Assembly (NCBI RefSeq): GCF_006345805.1
Contig: NC_043006.1
Span: forward strand, 74,648,001-74,712,000
DNA: 64,000 bases
Source: Octopus sinensis
Taxonomy: Eukaryota
Reading direction: 5' to 3'
Part shown: in pieces, positions 40,516-54,457 of the stretch
How the letters are laid out: each line of letters opens with the position of its first letter
Numbering within the stretch: position 1 is the stretch's first letter
Notes under the pieces: generated by a model
What the model was told of the DNA's origin: nothing
Databases searched by the model: none
The model's input: only the letters and a program-made list of their open reading frames with translations
Program-made: the position numbers and the translations under genes

Positions 40516-40809
40516 TTTTCCCCATAGTCATGCATACGCCTATGCATATATATATATGTATGTGAGTGTATCTGTGTGTGTGTGTATGTGTGTGTGTGTG
40601 TGTGTGTGTGTACAATGCATACACGCATACACATTCGCGCAATACATATTAGTCGAAATCATAACTGTGTATGTATATTATCGACGAAAATCATATATAC
40701 ATATAGTGAAAGAGGCAGGAAGCGAGAGTTGTGTAAATATGTGTATATGTGTATGTGTGTGTGAGCGTATGTGTATTAATGACAAAAACCATATATCCAT
40801 ATATATATA

Positions 40810-40867
<58 letters not shown>

Positions 40868-40910
40868 ATATGTATGTATGTATGTATATATATGTATATA
40901 TATATATATG

Positions 40911-40976
<66 letters not shown>

Positions 40977-41017
40977 TATATATATATATAACGATGATAA
41001 TAAAAAGTAACGAAAGA

Positions 41018-41075
<58 letters not shown>

Positions 41076-41092
41076 GTATATATATATATAAT

Positions 41093-41131
<39 letters not shown>

Positions 41132-41136
41132 CTATA

Positions 41137-41181
<45 letters not shown>

Positions 41182-42027
41182 CACATACATTCATGTATAT
41201 CACGCCACATATAGACATACACACATACATACACATGATTTTGACTTATTGCTCTTTGGTAAACTAAAACATTCGGTAAAGTAAAAAATTAAAAATCTCA
41301 AAATCTGCAACTCACACATTTATCTCAAAAGATTATTTCTCATCTACAAAACAATATTTATGTCCATAGGATTAAATACATTTTCCCCGTGTTTAAAGAA
41401 TAAAAATTGAGAAATGAATAATTCAGAGTAAATAGTCTATGGGAAATTCTATATATAAGGAATTAAAATTTCGAATAATTCTTGTTTTTTATTCCCTCCT
41501 TCAATCTTTTTACACGAATTTTTCACACGTAACTCGTCTGTGAGCTGCGGTACTTCTGTTTATCTTTACTACCTTTATTATTATATTTTCTCCGTGTTAT
41601 CGTTGTTGTTGTTGTTGTTGTTGAACTCTAGATCAAGTAATTCTATGTTCCAAGACATTCTCAGCCGTATAATCATATTTTTTCCTAACGCTGTCCAGTA
41701 TTACAGGTTTGGCCAAAAGTCACCTGACAGTAAATCAAAACCATTTAATTCTAAGATTTATTTATGTTTAACAACTGAATGAATTTAATAAAAAGCATCT
41801 AAATATGAAACATCAGGAAAATTGTTCAAACTGAAGTCTTTCTTGAGCGACACATTTTTTGCATTTGATTCAATACAGAATTACAGATAGTATTTATGGA
41901 ATCTTGATTTACTGTCGGATGACTTATGGCCAGCCCTGTATATCTTTCATTTGCTGGGCAAAATGCTTTGCGGCATTTCATCCGTCAATACGTTCTGAGT
42001 TCAAATACTGCCGGGGTAATTTGAACT

Positions 42028-42542
42028 TTACGGGATTCAAGCCTCTTCTCCTTATCTCCTCAAAGACATACAGCATCTCGAAAGAGTCCAGAAGCTGGCT
42101 ACCCGCATGGTTCTTAGTCTCAAGCATTTTGTCTTATGAAGAAAGGCTGAAGACGCTCGACCTTTATTCTCTAGAAAAACGACGATGCCGTGGTGATCTC
42201 ATTCTTGCTCACAACATCATAAGCGGAAAGTGTAACCTCTCGAAAGAGCTGTTCTTCACTTCTGCTCCAGAGCGTCGGCTGCGGGGTCACTCCGAAAAGC
42301 TCTATCTGCGACAATTTCATCTAAATCGAAGGAGAGGGGCTTTCTCCGTCCGGGTTGCGGATCCGTGGAATAAGCTGCCGGACGAGATAGTGAAGATGCC
42401 GACGACCGCTCGGTTCAAAGTCTCCCGTGACCATAAATGGCCTGAACTCTTTGCATGAACACCACCCTGTACATAACTCCATGTCCCCCTACATGGCCTT
42501 GCTTTTTGCTTTTTGAGCCAAAAAATTAACTTAACTTAACTT
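42028..42542 (+). mobile_element. CR1-like LINE 3' end with (TTAAC)n tail, inside a degenerate SINE A
   Basis: SYEERLKTLDLYSLEKRRCRGDLI...LRGHSEKL...FSVRVADPWNKLP; tail ttaacttaacttaactt. Confidence 0.9.
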
Positions 42543-43047
42543 ATATCGATAAAATAAGCATCAGCTAAGTATTGTGGTCGCCTTACCTTCTCCGCCAAAA
42601 TTGCTGGCCTTGTGCTAAAAGATGAAACCAATATCATATCTTTATTTAGTATAGTAGGGTAAGGAAGTGAGCTGGCAGAACCGTTACCGCGGCCGAATAG
42701 AACGCTTAGCAACATTTCGTCCGTAATTATGTTCTGAGGTCAAATTTGCATTTCATCTTTTCGTGGTGGATAAAATAAATACCAGTTGACCCTCCCCCGA
42801 AATTACTGGCCTTCTACCAAAACTTGGAAGTATAGAAGAGATTTCAGCGGGTTTATATTCGGTTGTTATCTCTAGCAAGTAGAGTACCTATGTAATGGCT
42901 TCTTCGTAAACTTGTATTCTGCTATTTCAACCAGCTGGTGTGATGGTTTCGTAGTATTCCATACAGTCGTCTCTCCAACACCCATTACTCCCTCTGTAAA
43001 TCAGCTCTTTAACTAACTGGAAACAATGTGGTTTTATAATGAACAGC

Positions 43048-43110
<63 letters not shown>

Positions 43111-43113
<3 letters not shown>

Positions 43114-43265
43114 CTTTACTACCCACAAGGGGCTAAACACAGAGGGGACAAACAAGGACAGAAAAACGTATTAAGTCGATTACATCGATCCCAGTGCGTA
43201 ACTGGTACTTAATTTATCGACCCCGAAAGGATGAAAGGCAAAGTCGACCTCGGCGGAATTTGAAC
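43111..43265 (-). mobile_element. 5'-truncated SINE A in (TA)n
   Basis: Tail and core present, head missing. Confidence 0.9.
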
Positions 43266-43275
43266 ACAGAAGGTC

Positions 43276-43308
<33 letters not shown>

Positions 43309-43360
43309 TATATATATATAGTTTATTTTTTCTAATTTATTTAAAGTATTCACACACACA

Positions 43361-43400
<40 letters not shown>

Positions 43401-43405
43401 ACACA

Positions 43406-43474
<69 letters not shown>

Positions 43475-44051
43475 CTCGTATATATTTTGAGAAATGTTTA
43501 GAAAAAGTGCGTCTTATATATCATCAAATACTGTATTACTACATAGCCTTTGAAAACAGTCTCGCCATGGGTGGGATGTCATTGATCGTAGGTCTGCTTA
43601 ATTACAGTTGACCTATTACAAGCAGCAATACGAACAACAACATGGGTTTGTTATTTCCTTCACCCAGGTTTCCAATGCGACAGACAAGCAATTAGTGTAA
43701 TTGTCAATGCCGTTGAGATTACATTACGATAATCGTTCTCACTCCCTGTTCTCGGTTCAAATCCTACCGAAGCTAACTTTGTCTTTCATTCGTCTGGGGA
43801 TCAATACATACAGTATCAGGGGTCGGGCAGTACATATACTAAAATTGGAACGGATTCTTCTCTTTTTTCACCCTTTCTTTTTATCTGTCTGTTTTTTATC
43901 TCTTACTTGGCAATGTCTTCTAGTCAGACCTGGAGAAGATTTGAAAATCAGATTTGAAAATGCCATATGTCATGACGGTTCCTCTCAAGGAGATGGGGGC
44001 CCAAAGGAAAAGCATCATCACATTCAACGATATGCTATCTCATCTCTTCAG

Positions 44052-44161
44052 AATATCCTGTAGCAATAAATCGCTATCTTCCGCCAACATTCTCAAAAAC
44101 CAAAATCACTCGAGTTTGTGTCCGCTTATCAATCAATGCAGCTTATTGGAACACAGCCAAG
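44052..44161 (+). CDS. Candidate internal coding exon (110 nt), unverified
   Basis: Acceptor ctatctcatctcttcag|, donor AAG|gtaatt, open frame (E)YPVAINRYLPPTFSKTKITRVCVRLSINAAYWNTAK; no homolog recognised. Confidence 0.35.
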
Positions 44162-45141
44162 GTAATTATTTGTCCATCGAAATACAATCTGCTTATTTGT
44201 TGTTTATGTGTATGCGGGGTTATTTTTTCTGTTTTTTTTTATTATCTTCGTGGTTTATATTTATATTATTTTCTCTTTGTAATTATATATATTTTTTATA
44301 TATAATTTATCTTTAGTAGCCCGCAATCCTGTTGTTAAGAGAAATGTCATCGGTAGAGCTAATCAAATAAGACATTTCACATCTAAACGGCAATTGTCAC
44401 TGTTATATTTTATGCTACAATAGAAAAAGCAATCATTAGAAGGTAATTGATTTTGTTGGCGTAATCTTCAACAATTTATTTTGCATTATAACTCTGCTTG
44501 TTGATTTTCGAAGTTTACAGCTTCCAGATGTATTAACTTTAATATATGTCTACGGAATAGTGATAATAAATTTGTATTATCTTTTAAGAGGGGGTTTATC
44601 TCTTAGCTGTGATCTCTTTTTCTTTTCCCTCTATTATTTCATATTATTCAAATTGAATTGACTCAGGAAACTTTTCGAGAGAATATTCCTTGCAGTCAAT
44701 TATTTCTAATTATTTCGGATTTAGAAAAGTAATTCTGTATAGCTAATTAACATTATGAAACATTACTAAATATCTAACTAGATTATATATATAAAATGTA
44801 GTTTTAGAAAATTTCGTTTCAAACATACTATTAATTTAGTAATTACATTACTGAATCGGATGAAATACAGAAGACAATAATATTGTGAAGAAAATCAACG
44901 GCTTCTATTAAGAATATTTTGCGGTAAGCAAAATATAAATATATATAGGTTGGTAAAAGGTTAAACTAATTGATAACGTGTTTGCTGTATTGAACATTAT
45001 AATTAACAGTAAAAGTGGTAGCAGTAGATCAATTATTAACATTATTTTAATCATTTCAACGATGCGAGAGACAATACTGTATATGTTTTAGTCTATTTAG
45101 ACCTCCTCAGTGAAGAATAGACTTCACCGTATTGCCGAAGT

Positions 45142-45435
45142 TTGTTCCTTCTCGAGCCATGCTCGGCTCATTAGGGCCGGTCTCCTTGGCTTAAATGTTC
45201 CTCACCTGGAAGGGACGCCGGTCCGTCGTAAGTGAGCTGCAAGATGCAGGAGGAAAGAGTGAGAGAAAATTGTGGCCAAAGAGTCAGCAGAAGTTTGCCA
45301 TTACCTTCTGCTGGAGCCGCGTGGAGCTTAGGTGTTTCGCTCATAAACACACACATCGCCCGGTCTAAGATTCGAACCCGCGATCCCTCGACCACGAGTC
45401 CGCTGCTCTATCCACGAGGCCATGTGCCTCCACAG
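45142..45435 (-). mobile_element. SINE with B-like head and tail T4, 10-bp TSD
   Basis: TSD ttgccgaagt at 45132-45141 and 45436-45445. Confidence 0.88.
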
Positions 45436-45562
45436 TTGCCGAAGTAGTATCCCTAAAATACAAAGTTTCATTTTTATTTAATCGAAATCAGAAAGAAACA
45501 AATAGTTGTTTTTATGTAAACAAAACTAAATTTTATAGAAATAGAAATGTTATAGTCAAGCG

Positions 45563-45973
45563 GGATATTTTCGGTTTGAACGGCAGTTTTTTAAAAATAA
45601 TTTCCTCGTAACTAAACACTTTTATACTTCGTATACTGGTAGAATGTGTTTATAAAACGTCTTTTTCTCTTGGCTTTATTGAGAAAATTCTATAGTTTGT
45701 ATGATATTAGTTGGGTTTTTTCTTCAATTTCTGCAATTTCAACCAATCAATGACGTCTATTGAGGTGAAAACATTCTGTGCTGTATGAATATGTCCCTCT
45801 TTTAAGAAACAGATTGGATTTATTTACATTTCTGAAGAAAAAAAGATACCTTTCCTCCACCCCTGACCTTAAAACAGATTGAAATGCAGTAGATCGATAC
45901 TAGAGTCATAATTATGGGTGACAATTTCATATGACACCGCTAGAAAAAACTGCCGTTCAAACCGAAAAGATCC
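45563..45973. mobile_element. hAT-type MITE
   Basis: 30-bp TIR ggat(a/c)ttttcggtttgaacggcagtttttt; 8-bp TSD gtcaagcg at 45555-45562 and 45974-45981. Confidence 0.88.
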
Positions 45974-46664
45974 GTCAAGCGAATGTACTCTAAACGATAT
46001 TAGACATCATAACCGCCAGTTTTAGACGGAGAGTGACACGGTGATTGTCAAGACATAAACCGTGTGCTTGTTATCTCTAGCTGTTTAGGCAACTCTTATT
46101 ACGTGCAGTCAGTATCGTTGTGCTTTTGCTTCATTCGTTTTATTTTCTTCTTCTTTTCTTTCCTTTTGTATTTTAACAAGCGATATGAATCAAGTGTGTA
46201 TATTTTCTCCAGTCTTTTTAATTAACTATTTCTGAAAGCTACAGAATTATTGTTTCCATTGTGTCGACTTTGTTGTTGCAAATTTTTGATTTATGACCAA
46301 CATGAATATTTATTTGTGCGGTGAAATAAAGGTAATCAAAAGATGGTGGGGTATAAATACAAAGACACACACACATACATAAATATACACACATATACAC
46401 ACACACGTACACACGTGCACACACAAACATACGGGCTTCCACACAGATTTTGTCAACCAAATTCACTCGCAAGGCATTGGTTCTGTTGGAGCTTTAGTAG
46501 AAGACATTTTTGCAAGGTTTTGTGCAGAGGGACGAATCGAATCGCCAGGCTATTTCCCGTATGCATCACCGTAGTATACCCGTAAGTAGTTTTTACACTA
46601 TCTATATATATTTATTTATATATATATTCATTTATATATATATTTATTTATATATATATATTCA

Positions 46665-46706
<42 letters not shown>

Positions 46707-46728
46707 TATTTATATATATTCATTTATA

Positions 46729-46771
<43 letters not shown>

Positions 46772-46965
46772 TCATATTTATATATATTCATATTTATATA
46801 TATTCATATTTATATATATATTCATATTTATATATATATTCATATATATAGATATTCACTATTTATATATATTCATAATATATATATTCCTATATATTGC
46901 AGATTCCATTCGTCCTTGGTACGATACAGTACGTGATGTTAATAAGCCAGAAAAATGGCGAAATA

Positions 46966-47070
46966 TCAGTATCCATCACTCTTAAATTTGGTCGGAGGCG
47001 AGTTGTTTCCTCTGTCTATGATTTTTGATGTTTTAACACCCAGCGTAATGGTGAAGTCGTCTCCCAGGTG
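46966..47070 (-). CDS. Candidate terminal exon (34 aa), unverified
   Basis: Acceptor gtgtatag|, frame [34 protein letters not shown]; weak splice context. Confidence 0.18.
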   Translation of the reverse strand, partial: HLGDDFTITLGVKTSKIIDRGNNSPPTKFKSDGY

Positions 47071-47416
47071 CTATACACAGCGAACCAGCGAACAAACAAA
47101 CATAACACATGCACTGAGTATGTGCGGTCGAGAATATATGTGTGTGTGTGTGTTTATAATACGCTTATAATAAAACAGACGAATGGCTTATCTGGTACTG
47201 TCACAGCTTGCTTGCTTATTTAGTAGCCTTACATCACAATGAAGACTATAAACGAAACAATTTTAACAATACCAGATAATCAACTTCCAATGTTTTAATT
47301 ATGCTTTTACTCCAAGTTTATGGTTGCATTCATTGTTGAATATTTTGGCATATTACTGGAGTTGTGGATCACTTAACAACAGTGAACATCCCTTCATGGA
47401 TGCGTTCTCTGCTATT

Positions 47417-47718
47417 TTATTTATGCACCCTTTTCAAGCCTAGCCAGGCTCATGGGCTCGGTTTCCCGGTTTCTATGGCGTATGTGTTCCCCCCAGCTCG
47501 ACGGAACGCCAGTCCATCGCAGCGTTACTCAAGAAACAGGAAGAAATAGTGAGAGAAAGTTGGGGCGAAAGAGTACAGGAGGGGTCGCCGCCACACCCTG
47601 GCGGAGCCTCGTGTAGCCTTATGTGTTTTCGCTCAATAAACATGCACAACGCCCAGTCTTGGAATCGAAACCGCGATCCTCCGACCGCGAGTCCGCTGCC
47701 CTAACCACTGGGCCTCCA
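47417..47718 (-). mobile_element. SINE with head B and tail T2, 14-bp TSD
   Basis: TSD cgttctctgctatt at 47403-47416 and 47719-47732. Confidence 0.88.
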
Positions 47719-48344
47719 CGTTCTCTGCTATTATAATGGATTGATTAACTCTCTCTTTTATGTCATTCAATGTGAACAGTCTGTGGCGTGTTTCTCTCTA
47801 ATATTTCTTCGTCTTTTGTGGATGCCCCGTAATCAAAACTGCATGTGTGTGTATGTGTGTGTGTGTTTCTGTACATATGTATGTAAGTATGTACGTATTT
47901 ATTCATTTAAAAATGGCGTACGATACCAATAATTATGTCAACGTACTTTTGTTATGGAAACCTAAAATTCATAATAATTTGAACTTGAAGATTTATTGAT
48001 AAACTATATAAGTGATTTCAGCAAATTTCTTTTCTTTGAAACGTTTCCTCAGATTTGGAAATAAGTAGGGGCCCTATGATGCAGTATCCGGTGAATATTC
48101 CAGGCGTTTAAGCAACCGGAAACCTTCATCCTGAATAGTGCCTTGTGCAACTAAAGACTCGTAAATAGGGATATTGTCATTGAGAATCTAATCTTTCTCT
48201 GTCAATAATCCAGAACTCTTCATTTTCACTTCCAAACACAAACGAGTTTAGGTTAGCATCATAATAACGATGTGTGACACTTTGGTACCACTTTATAAGA
48301 TATCTAGAAAAACAATTCTAGAAATGGTTCAGCGACAAACAAAA

Positions 48345-48565
48345 TGCGTTGGTAGAATCGTTAGAATGCTGGGCAAAATGTTTAGCAGCATTATGTCTGT
48401 CTTTACATTGTAAGTTCGAATTCCGCCGAGGTCGACTCTGACTTTTATACTTTCAGGGTGGATAAAATAAGTACCAGTTGAGTACTTATAAGTACCAGTT
48501 GAGTACTGTGATCGACTTGCTCACTTCCTCAAAATTGCTGGCCTTGTCCCAAAATTTGAAACCGG
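48345..48565 (+). mobile_element. Degenerate SINE A
   Basis: ttccgccgaggtcgactctgac core. Confidence 0.7.
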
Positions 48566-49034
48566 TTTTTAGTTACGTTTATTTACGTTCTGCTTTCAAC
48601 ATAAAGAAATCGATTTTACTTGTCACCCCGGAATGATATAATAAACACCAATAAAATAATTCTTTCTAATTTTAACACAAGGCCAGCAATTTTTGAGGGG
48701 AGGTGATGGTAGTAAACTGTGCGACGGATTAAGTCGGTCTGCCACCAAAAATAACATTGTAAAATATATAAAAAGTGCTTCACTCCTTTGATTCTTGGTT
48801 CATGACACAAATTCACATCAACTTGAACTCCTAGAATTCAAAACACGAATATCACATTATTATTCATTCCCTAAAATCTAATGCCAAAAACAAAACAAAA
48901 CAACTGAAGCTTTCTCCCAGTGCTAATTATTGTAGTGAAGGAAAATTTGCCTGTTATATATTGTCAATAAATACCTTAATGAGTGACGTTAACAAATTAA
49001 AGTTTTCTGACGCCTTACAGATTCATTAGACTAG

Positions 49035-49315
49035 AGCAGGTTTGGCAAACTTAAATTACATTGCGGGCCACTTTAATCACGGAAAGTTTTTTGAGGGCCG
49101 CTTGTATACTGACAGAATTGAAAGCATTTTGCTTTCTCATGCTATTATCGTTGCAAAAACAGTAGTATCTTTCTTTTTGACTTTTCATTACAATCTTTAA
49201 TTTTGATAAAATTTTGAAAATGTTTGTTTAACTCAATCCATTTCAAGAATGTATCAAGCGGGCCGCAAGATATAAGTCTGCGAGCTGCGGACCTCAGGTT
49301 GACCAGCTTTGGACT
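49035..49315. mobile_element. Degenerate hAT/Charlie-like MITE
   Basis: caggtttggcaaac...gcgggcc start and gcgggccgca...gttgaccagc end resemble Charlie-type termini; no clean TSD found. Confidence 0.45.
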
Positions 49316-49424
49316 ACAGCTTATACCGGGCTTCATGATTTGTAAGTGACTCAGTACAACAGCATCCTTCAAGGGGACACCAACCACCCCCTAACAGATT
49401 TAACTGCTAGGCTTTTTCTTTTTT

Positions 49425-49785
49425 ACTTGTTTCAGTCTTTAGACTGTGACCATGCTGCAGCACCGCCTTGAAGAGTTTTTAGTCGGACAAATCGACTAAG
49501 CCTGCTACTTATTCAATCATTCATTTTTGCCGAACCGCTACGTAAACAAACCAACACTCGTTTTCAAGCAATGCAGGGGACAACACACACACAAACATAT
49601 TATATATATATATACGATTTGTTTTATTCAGTTTCTGTCTCCCAAATCCATGTATAAATCCGAGGCTATAGTAGAAGATATTTGCCCAAGGTGCCACACA
49701 ATGGGACTGAACCCGGAGCCATGTGATTGGGAAGGAAGCTTCTTACCACACAGCCACACCTGCTCCTGGATTTGTTTCTATTTGA
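49425..49785 (-). mobile_element. Degenerate SINE C
   Basis: Head and tail similarity to family C. Confidence 0.75.
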
Positions 49786-50174
49786 CTCCGACTTATTTTG
49801 ATCTCAGGGCTTACCTGCTCGACTGGGGCTTACCTGGGGGCAAACCCAACATAAAAAATATTACCTAATACAATTGTAATAATATGATTAAAAATATCTT
49901 ATAATTGGCTGTTTGTGTTTATCTACTGGAATTTTCCGTCTGTGCATTCGTTTTGTAAGATAGTGTACTGGCAGCCATAATAATTCCATCAATGTTGTTA
50001 GGCAAAACAAAACAAAAAAAAAGGTACAAGAATCCTACTCCATTGAATTAAAAGCATTCTCATCCGATTGGAATTGAGATATAAAAGACACATTCTTCTA
50101 TATTATTCAATATGACTGTTTTATAATTTATAACAGCGCCATCCGATCCTCATAAATTTAGGAGTAAAAAGTAA

Positions 50175-50390
50175 AGGGCCCCTTCGGTCTTGAATGACCA
50201 TGGAATTGCACCAAGAAAGTTCCCCATCAAGGTACGAGTCCGGGAAAGGCTGTTTACGGAAGACTAGTGGTTTCTCAATCATACCAGCCTGTCCTTTCGG
50301 AGAGTCTTTCAGAAAAACTGAGTCTTCGATCCAGGTTCCACGTTCCACTATACGCAGTCTTTTCACTTATATTGTCGATATCTGAATCTG
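50175..50390 (-). mobile_element. Relic carrying SINE tail T3
   Basis: About 125 nt align with 32810-32938 (gtcttcc...cccggact...aactttct.ggtgcaat.ccat.gtca). Confidence 0.7.
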
Positions 50391-50703
50391 TAAATTCCTT
50401 TATTCCTTTATTCTTTTATTCTTTTACCTGTTACAATTAAACTGAACTGCGAACATGCTGAGACATCACGTTGAGGGATTTAGTCAAACGAAATAAGCCA
50501 AGTTCTTATCTTTTAAATTCTGAGTTATTCTATTGGACCCGGATTTACAAAATGCTAAATTATAGGGACCAAAAAAAAAACAATATCAGTTGTCAAACAA
50601 TGAAATACAAACACAAACACGCATTCACATACATATATATACGTGTACTTCCATACACACTCACATACACACATACGTTCACGCATACATTTATATATAC
50701 ATG

Positions 50704-50774
<71 letters not shown>

Positions 50775-51189
50775 GCAGAAAGACAGACATATAGATAGAT
50801 AGACAGGCAGAAAGACAGACATATAGATAGACAGACAGGCAGGCAGAAAGACAGACATATAGATAGACAGACAGGCAGGCAGACAGACAGACATATAGAT
50901 AGACAGACAGGCAGGCAGACGGACAGACATATAGATAGATTGACAGGCATATAGATAGATAGACAATCAGACAGATAGATGGATAGATTAGACGGATGTC
51001 CACGCTGGTTTCTGTCAACAGAATTAACTCAAAAGGCATTGAACGGCCCAAGGCTATACTAGGAGACTCTTACATAAAGTACCGCACATACGATCGAACC
51101 AGAAATCATCTGGATAGGAAGCGAACTTCTTAACAATACATCTATACTTGTATCCATAGACATCCTTTCTTCTTTTATCTCTCTGTCTA

Positions 51190-51220
<31 letters not shown>

Positions 51221-51225
51221 CTCTG

Positions 51226-51262
<37 letters not shown>

Positions 51263-51508
51263 TTCTCTCTCTCTCTTTCAATCTTGAAGAATAAAACATT
51301 AATATAAGAAAGCAGATGGCAAAATAATACAATCAAACAAAAACGGAAGATAGTAACTTCAGGCCTTATCTTTTTTTATTTTTTTTATTTTTATCTTAAA
51401 ACATCAGTTTCGGCCAACACTGCTAGATGGATTCAATAGTTCGTAATAAGCCGAATAGTTGTTAACGCTTATCATACCATCGCTATTTCATATCGTCATG
51501 GATATTGT

Positions 51509-51897
51509 GGATGGAAGCACTCCGTCGGTTACGACGACGAGGGCTCCGGTTGATCCGAATCAACGGAACAGCCTGCTCGTGAAATTAACGTGTAAGTGGA
51601 TGAGCACTCCACAGACACGTGTACCCTTAACGTAGTTCTCGGGGATATTCAGCGTGACACAGAGAGTGACAAGGCCGGCCCTTTGAAATACAAGGTACAA
51701 CAGAAACAGGAAGTAAGAGTGAGAGAAAGTTGTGGTGAAAGAGTACAGCAGGGAACACCACCATCCCCTGCCGGAGCCTCGTGGAGCTTTAGGTGTTTTC
51801 GCTCAATAAACACTCACAACGCCCGGTCTGGGAATCGAAACTGCGATCCTATGACCGCGAGTCCGCTGCCCTAACCACTGGGCCATTACGCCTCCAC
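51509..51897 (-). mobile_element. SINE B with 12-bp TSD
   Basis: TSD catggatattgt at 51497-51508 and 51898-51909. Confidence 0.93.
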
Positions 51898-52014
51898 CAT
51901 GGATATTGTACTGTGTCTGTGTCAAAATACTTAACTCTCAACCAATGAATGTATACATCTCAATGAGTATAAAGCGATATAATTCACTGCACTAAACTAC
52001 AGCAACAGCAGCAG

Positions 52015-52520
52015 TGGTGGCGCAATGGTTAGAGCAGCGGACTCGCAGTCGTAAGAACGCGGTTTCGATCCCCAGACCGGGCATTGTGAGTATATATTGA
52101 GCAAAAATACCTAAGCTCCACTAGGCTCCGGCGGGGAGGAGTGGGGAATCCCGCTGTACTCTTTCACCACAAATTTCTCTCACTCTTTCTTTCTACTTCT
52201 GCCACAAAGCAGAGGAACCATGGTGTAACCCACTATGGTGTGGTAAACTTTCAGACCCTAGTCTAGATTGCGAATCCTCTGTACCCCCAGGATGGTTCAG
52301 CTCTCCACCCGTTAAAAGCCACCGTTTACGGAATAAGGATAACAACGTAGCTTTCGCGCCCGTGCAACCGCCAGTCCATCGCGTGTTGTGGATGGATCTC
52401 CAAGTTACTACACGCATGCTTAGTAGCTTATAGTAGACTCGAATTAGAGATTATTCTTTGTGGCTAATGGCGTGAGTCCTGATCGGAAGAAGAAGAAGAA
52501 GAAGAAGAAGAAGAAGAAGA
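52015..52520 (+). mobile_element. SINE B head (52015-52195) joined to an unclassified LINE-like 3' end with (AAG)n tail
   Basis: Family B homology stops at 52195; GC-rich unique sequence follows and ends ...gtcctgatcgg(aag)n. Confidence 0.55.
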
Positions 52521-53322
52521 CAACAGCAGCATGCAATAAGCGACATTCGATCTCTTTTGGAAAGAAATGAAAGACTCGTTAGGTTCATGCTACACAGAAA
52601 CTCATCGAGTCGAAGCCCAACCTAATAGGTCATATTCAAATTCGAAAAGGACTATCCTATAATTTCCATGGGTTGCTGTATTTCTCTAATAGGTACGTTT
52701 CTCGTTGTCCTCACCTAATATGCATAAAGTTTAAGATGTGAACAGGAAATACTGACACTGTCTTGTTTTTTTTTGCCAGCAACATTTGTTTACAAGTCCA
52801 GTCACAGGAGTGGTTTTTGATACTGCGGGATGTGTACGACTTAATAAGACATTCGTCAAATTAAGAACATCAATATTAAGCCTCATATGAATAATATGTT
52901 ATTACAAACTTAATTGGAAGGGAAATACTTCCAGTTGATATTGAATAGCTGTTGGTAAGATTAATGTAGTCTGTGCAGAGAGCTTGCAGATACCGTGGAA
53001 GGCAAATAACAAATCTGAATTTATCTGACCTTTAACAACAAAGAAAGCATTATAAATATTGCAAATTTACATTTAATAACTCTAAAGCTGCTGCTACAGA
53101 TAGGTGAAATTATATTTAATGGTAATTATACGGATGAAAGTAAGGAAACTAATGATGGTAAAGGTGATGGCTTTTGTAGATAACGATGTGTTGGTGCTGA
53201 TGGTTAACTAACAATCTTAAAAGATGTTACTGACATCTTGTAATTTGGTTTCACGCTCTGAGGTTTCAGTGGTAGATGGTATGAATGATATGGGTTTGTG
53301 TGTGTGTGTGCGTGTGTGTTTA

Positions 53323-53460
53323 CAGCCGTGAGCAAAAGTTTGGAAGATTTCTTTTTTAATTAAAATTATGCCCAAGTTCAATTCGATTCAAATATAACTT
53401 CGGTCATTTAATATAAAAATTCTAATTTCCAGACCTATATTCCAAACTTTTGGCCACGTC
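53323..53460. mobile_element. Short Tc1-type MITE
   Basis: TA-cagccgtgagcaaaagtttggaa ... ttccaaacttttggccacgtc imperfect TIRs. Confidence 0.55.
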
Positions 53461-53469
53461 TCTCTCTCT

Positions 53470-53537
<68 letters not shown>

Positions 53538-53970
53538 CATTGCGATGCCAATAATCTGGGGTTAGAACTCACTATACATATCCTTCAGAACGAGGGGTCA
53601 GTTGGGTACATGGCAGTAATAAGAAATAACGATGACAAAGGATAAATTGTCCGAAGCTCCGAAGAAGTAACAGGATGATACTCAAGCACTCAACTATGGG
53701 CGCCTTACACCTTATAGCAGAAACAGCTGTAAGCTAATGAATTTCATATAATTGTTTATTTCTTTGTCATCCCAATTTCTTATATGTACACATGTATAAA
53801 AAAAAATTACGTAGGCGTAGGAGTGACTTGGTTCTGGGTTCAGTCCCACTGCGTGGCACCATGGGCAAGTGTCTTCTATTATAGCCTCAGACCGACCAAA
53901 GCCTTATGAGTGGATTTGGTAGACGGAAACTGAAAGAAACCCGTTGTATATATGTATATATATATATATA

Positions 53971-54457
53971 GCAAAAACAATTAAGATCCAAGTGAATTCC
54001 AATGAATTCAAATGAATATGGTACTTAACTTAGATGCACCAGAGTTCATTTATGGTATTAACCATAAAATAATGTGGGGTGATTATAACCAAGAAAAAAG
54101 CAACAAGAATGGATTAGTAGTTTAGTACAATTGTTTCATACTAAGAACAATTTTATTTGAAACTGCAAATATTGCAGCAAATACAAATGTCCAGTATTCA
54201 TCAGCTAAATCACATATATGTTTTCCAGACATCCTAGAGAGTTTGATTATCCTCATGAAGTATTAGGAGTGAGTTCTATGAAATTTAAAGTCAAATTATA
54301 AGCAGACATAAAATGCTTTCCAATGATGCACAGTTTTATAAAAAGTTTTTAAAAAGATTGTTAACTTCCCAGAGAAGGTGAATCCATCCATAAAAATGTG
54401 GATATAATTTCCGGAGACATGAGGAAAGCTGCTGGTCACACACCGGTTCCTTTCACA

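Noticed and set aside
47235-47275. atgaagactataaacgaaacaatttta hammerhead-like word
   Set aside because: The first core C is missing, and there is no stem II and no valid stem III.
50121-50385. 81-aa and 63-aa ORFs suggesting an exon
   Set aside because: Half the segment is SINE tail T3 homology, and the candidate plus-strand exon has stops in all three frames.
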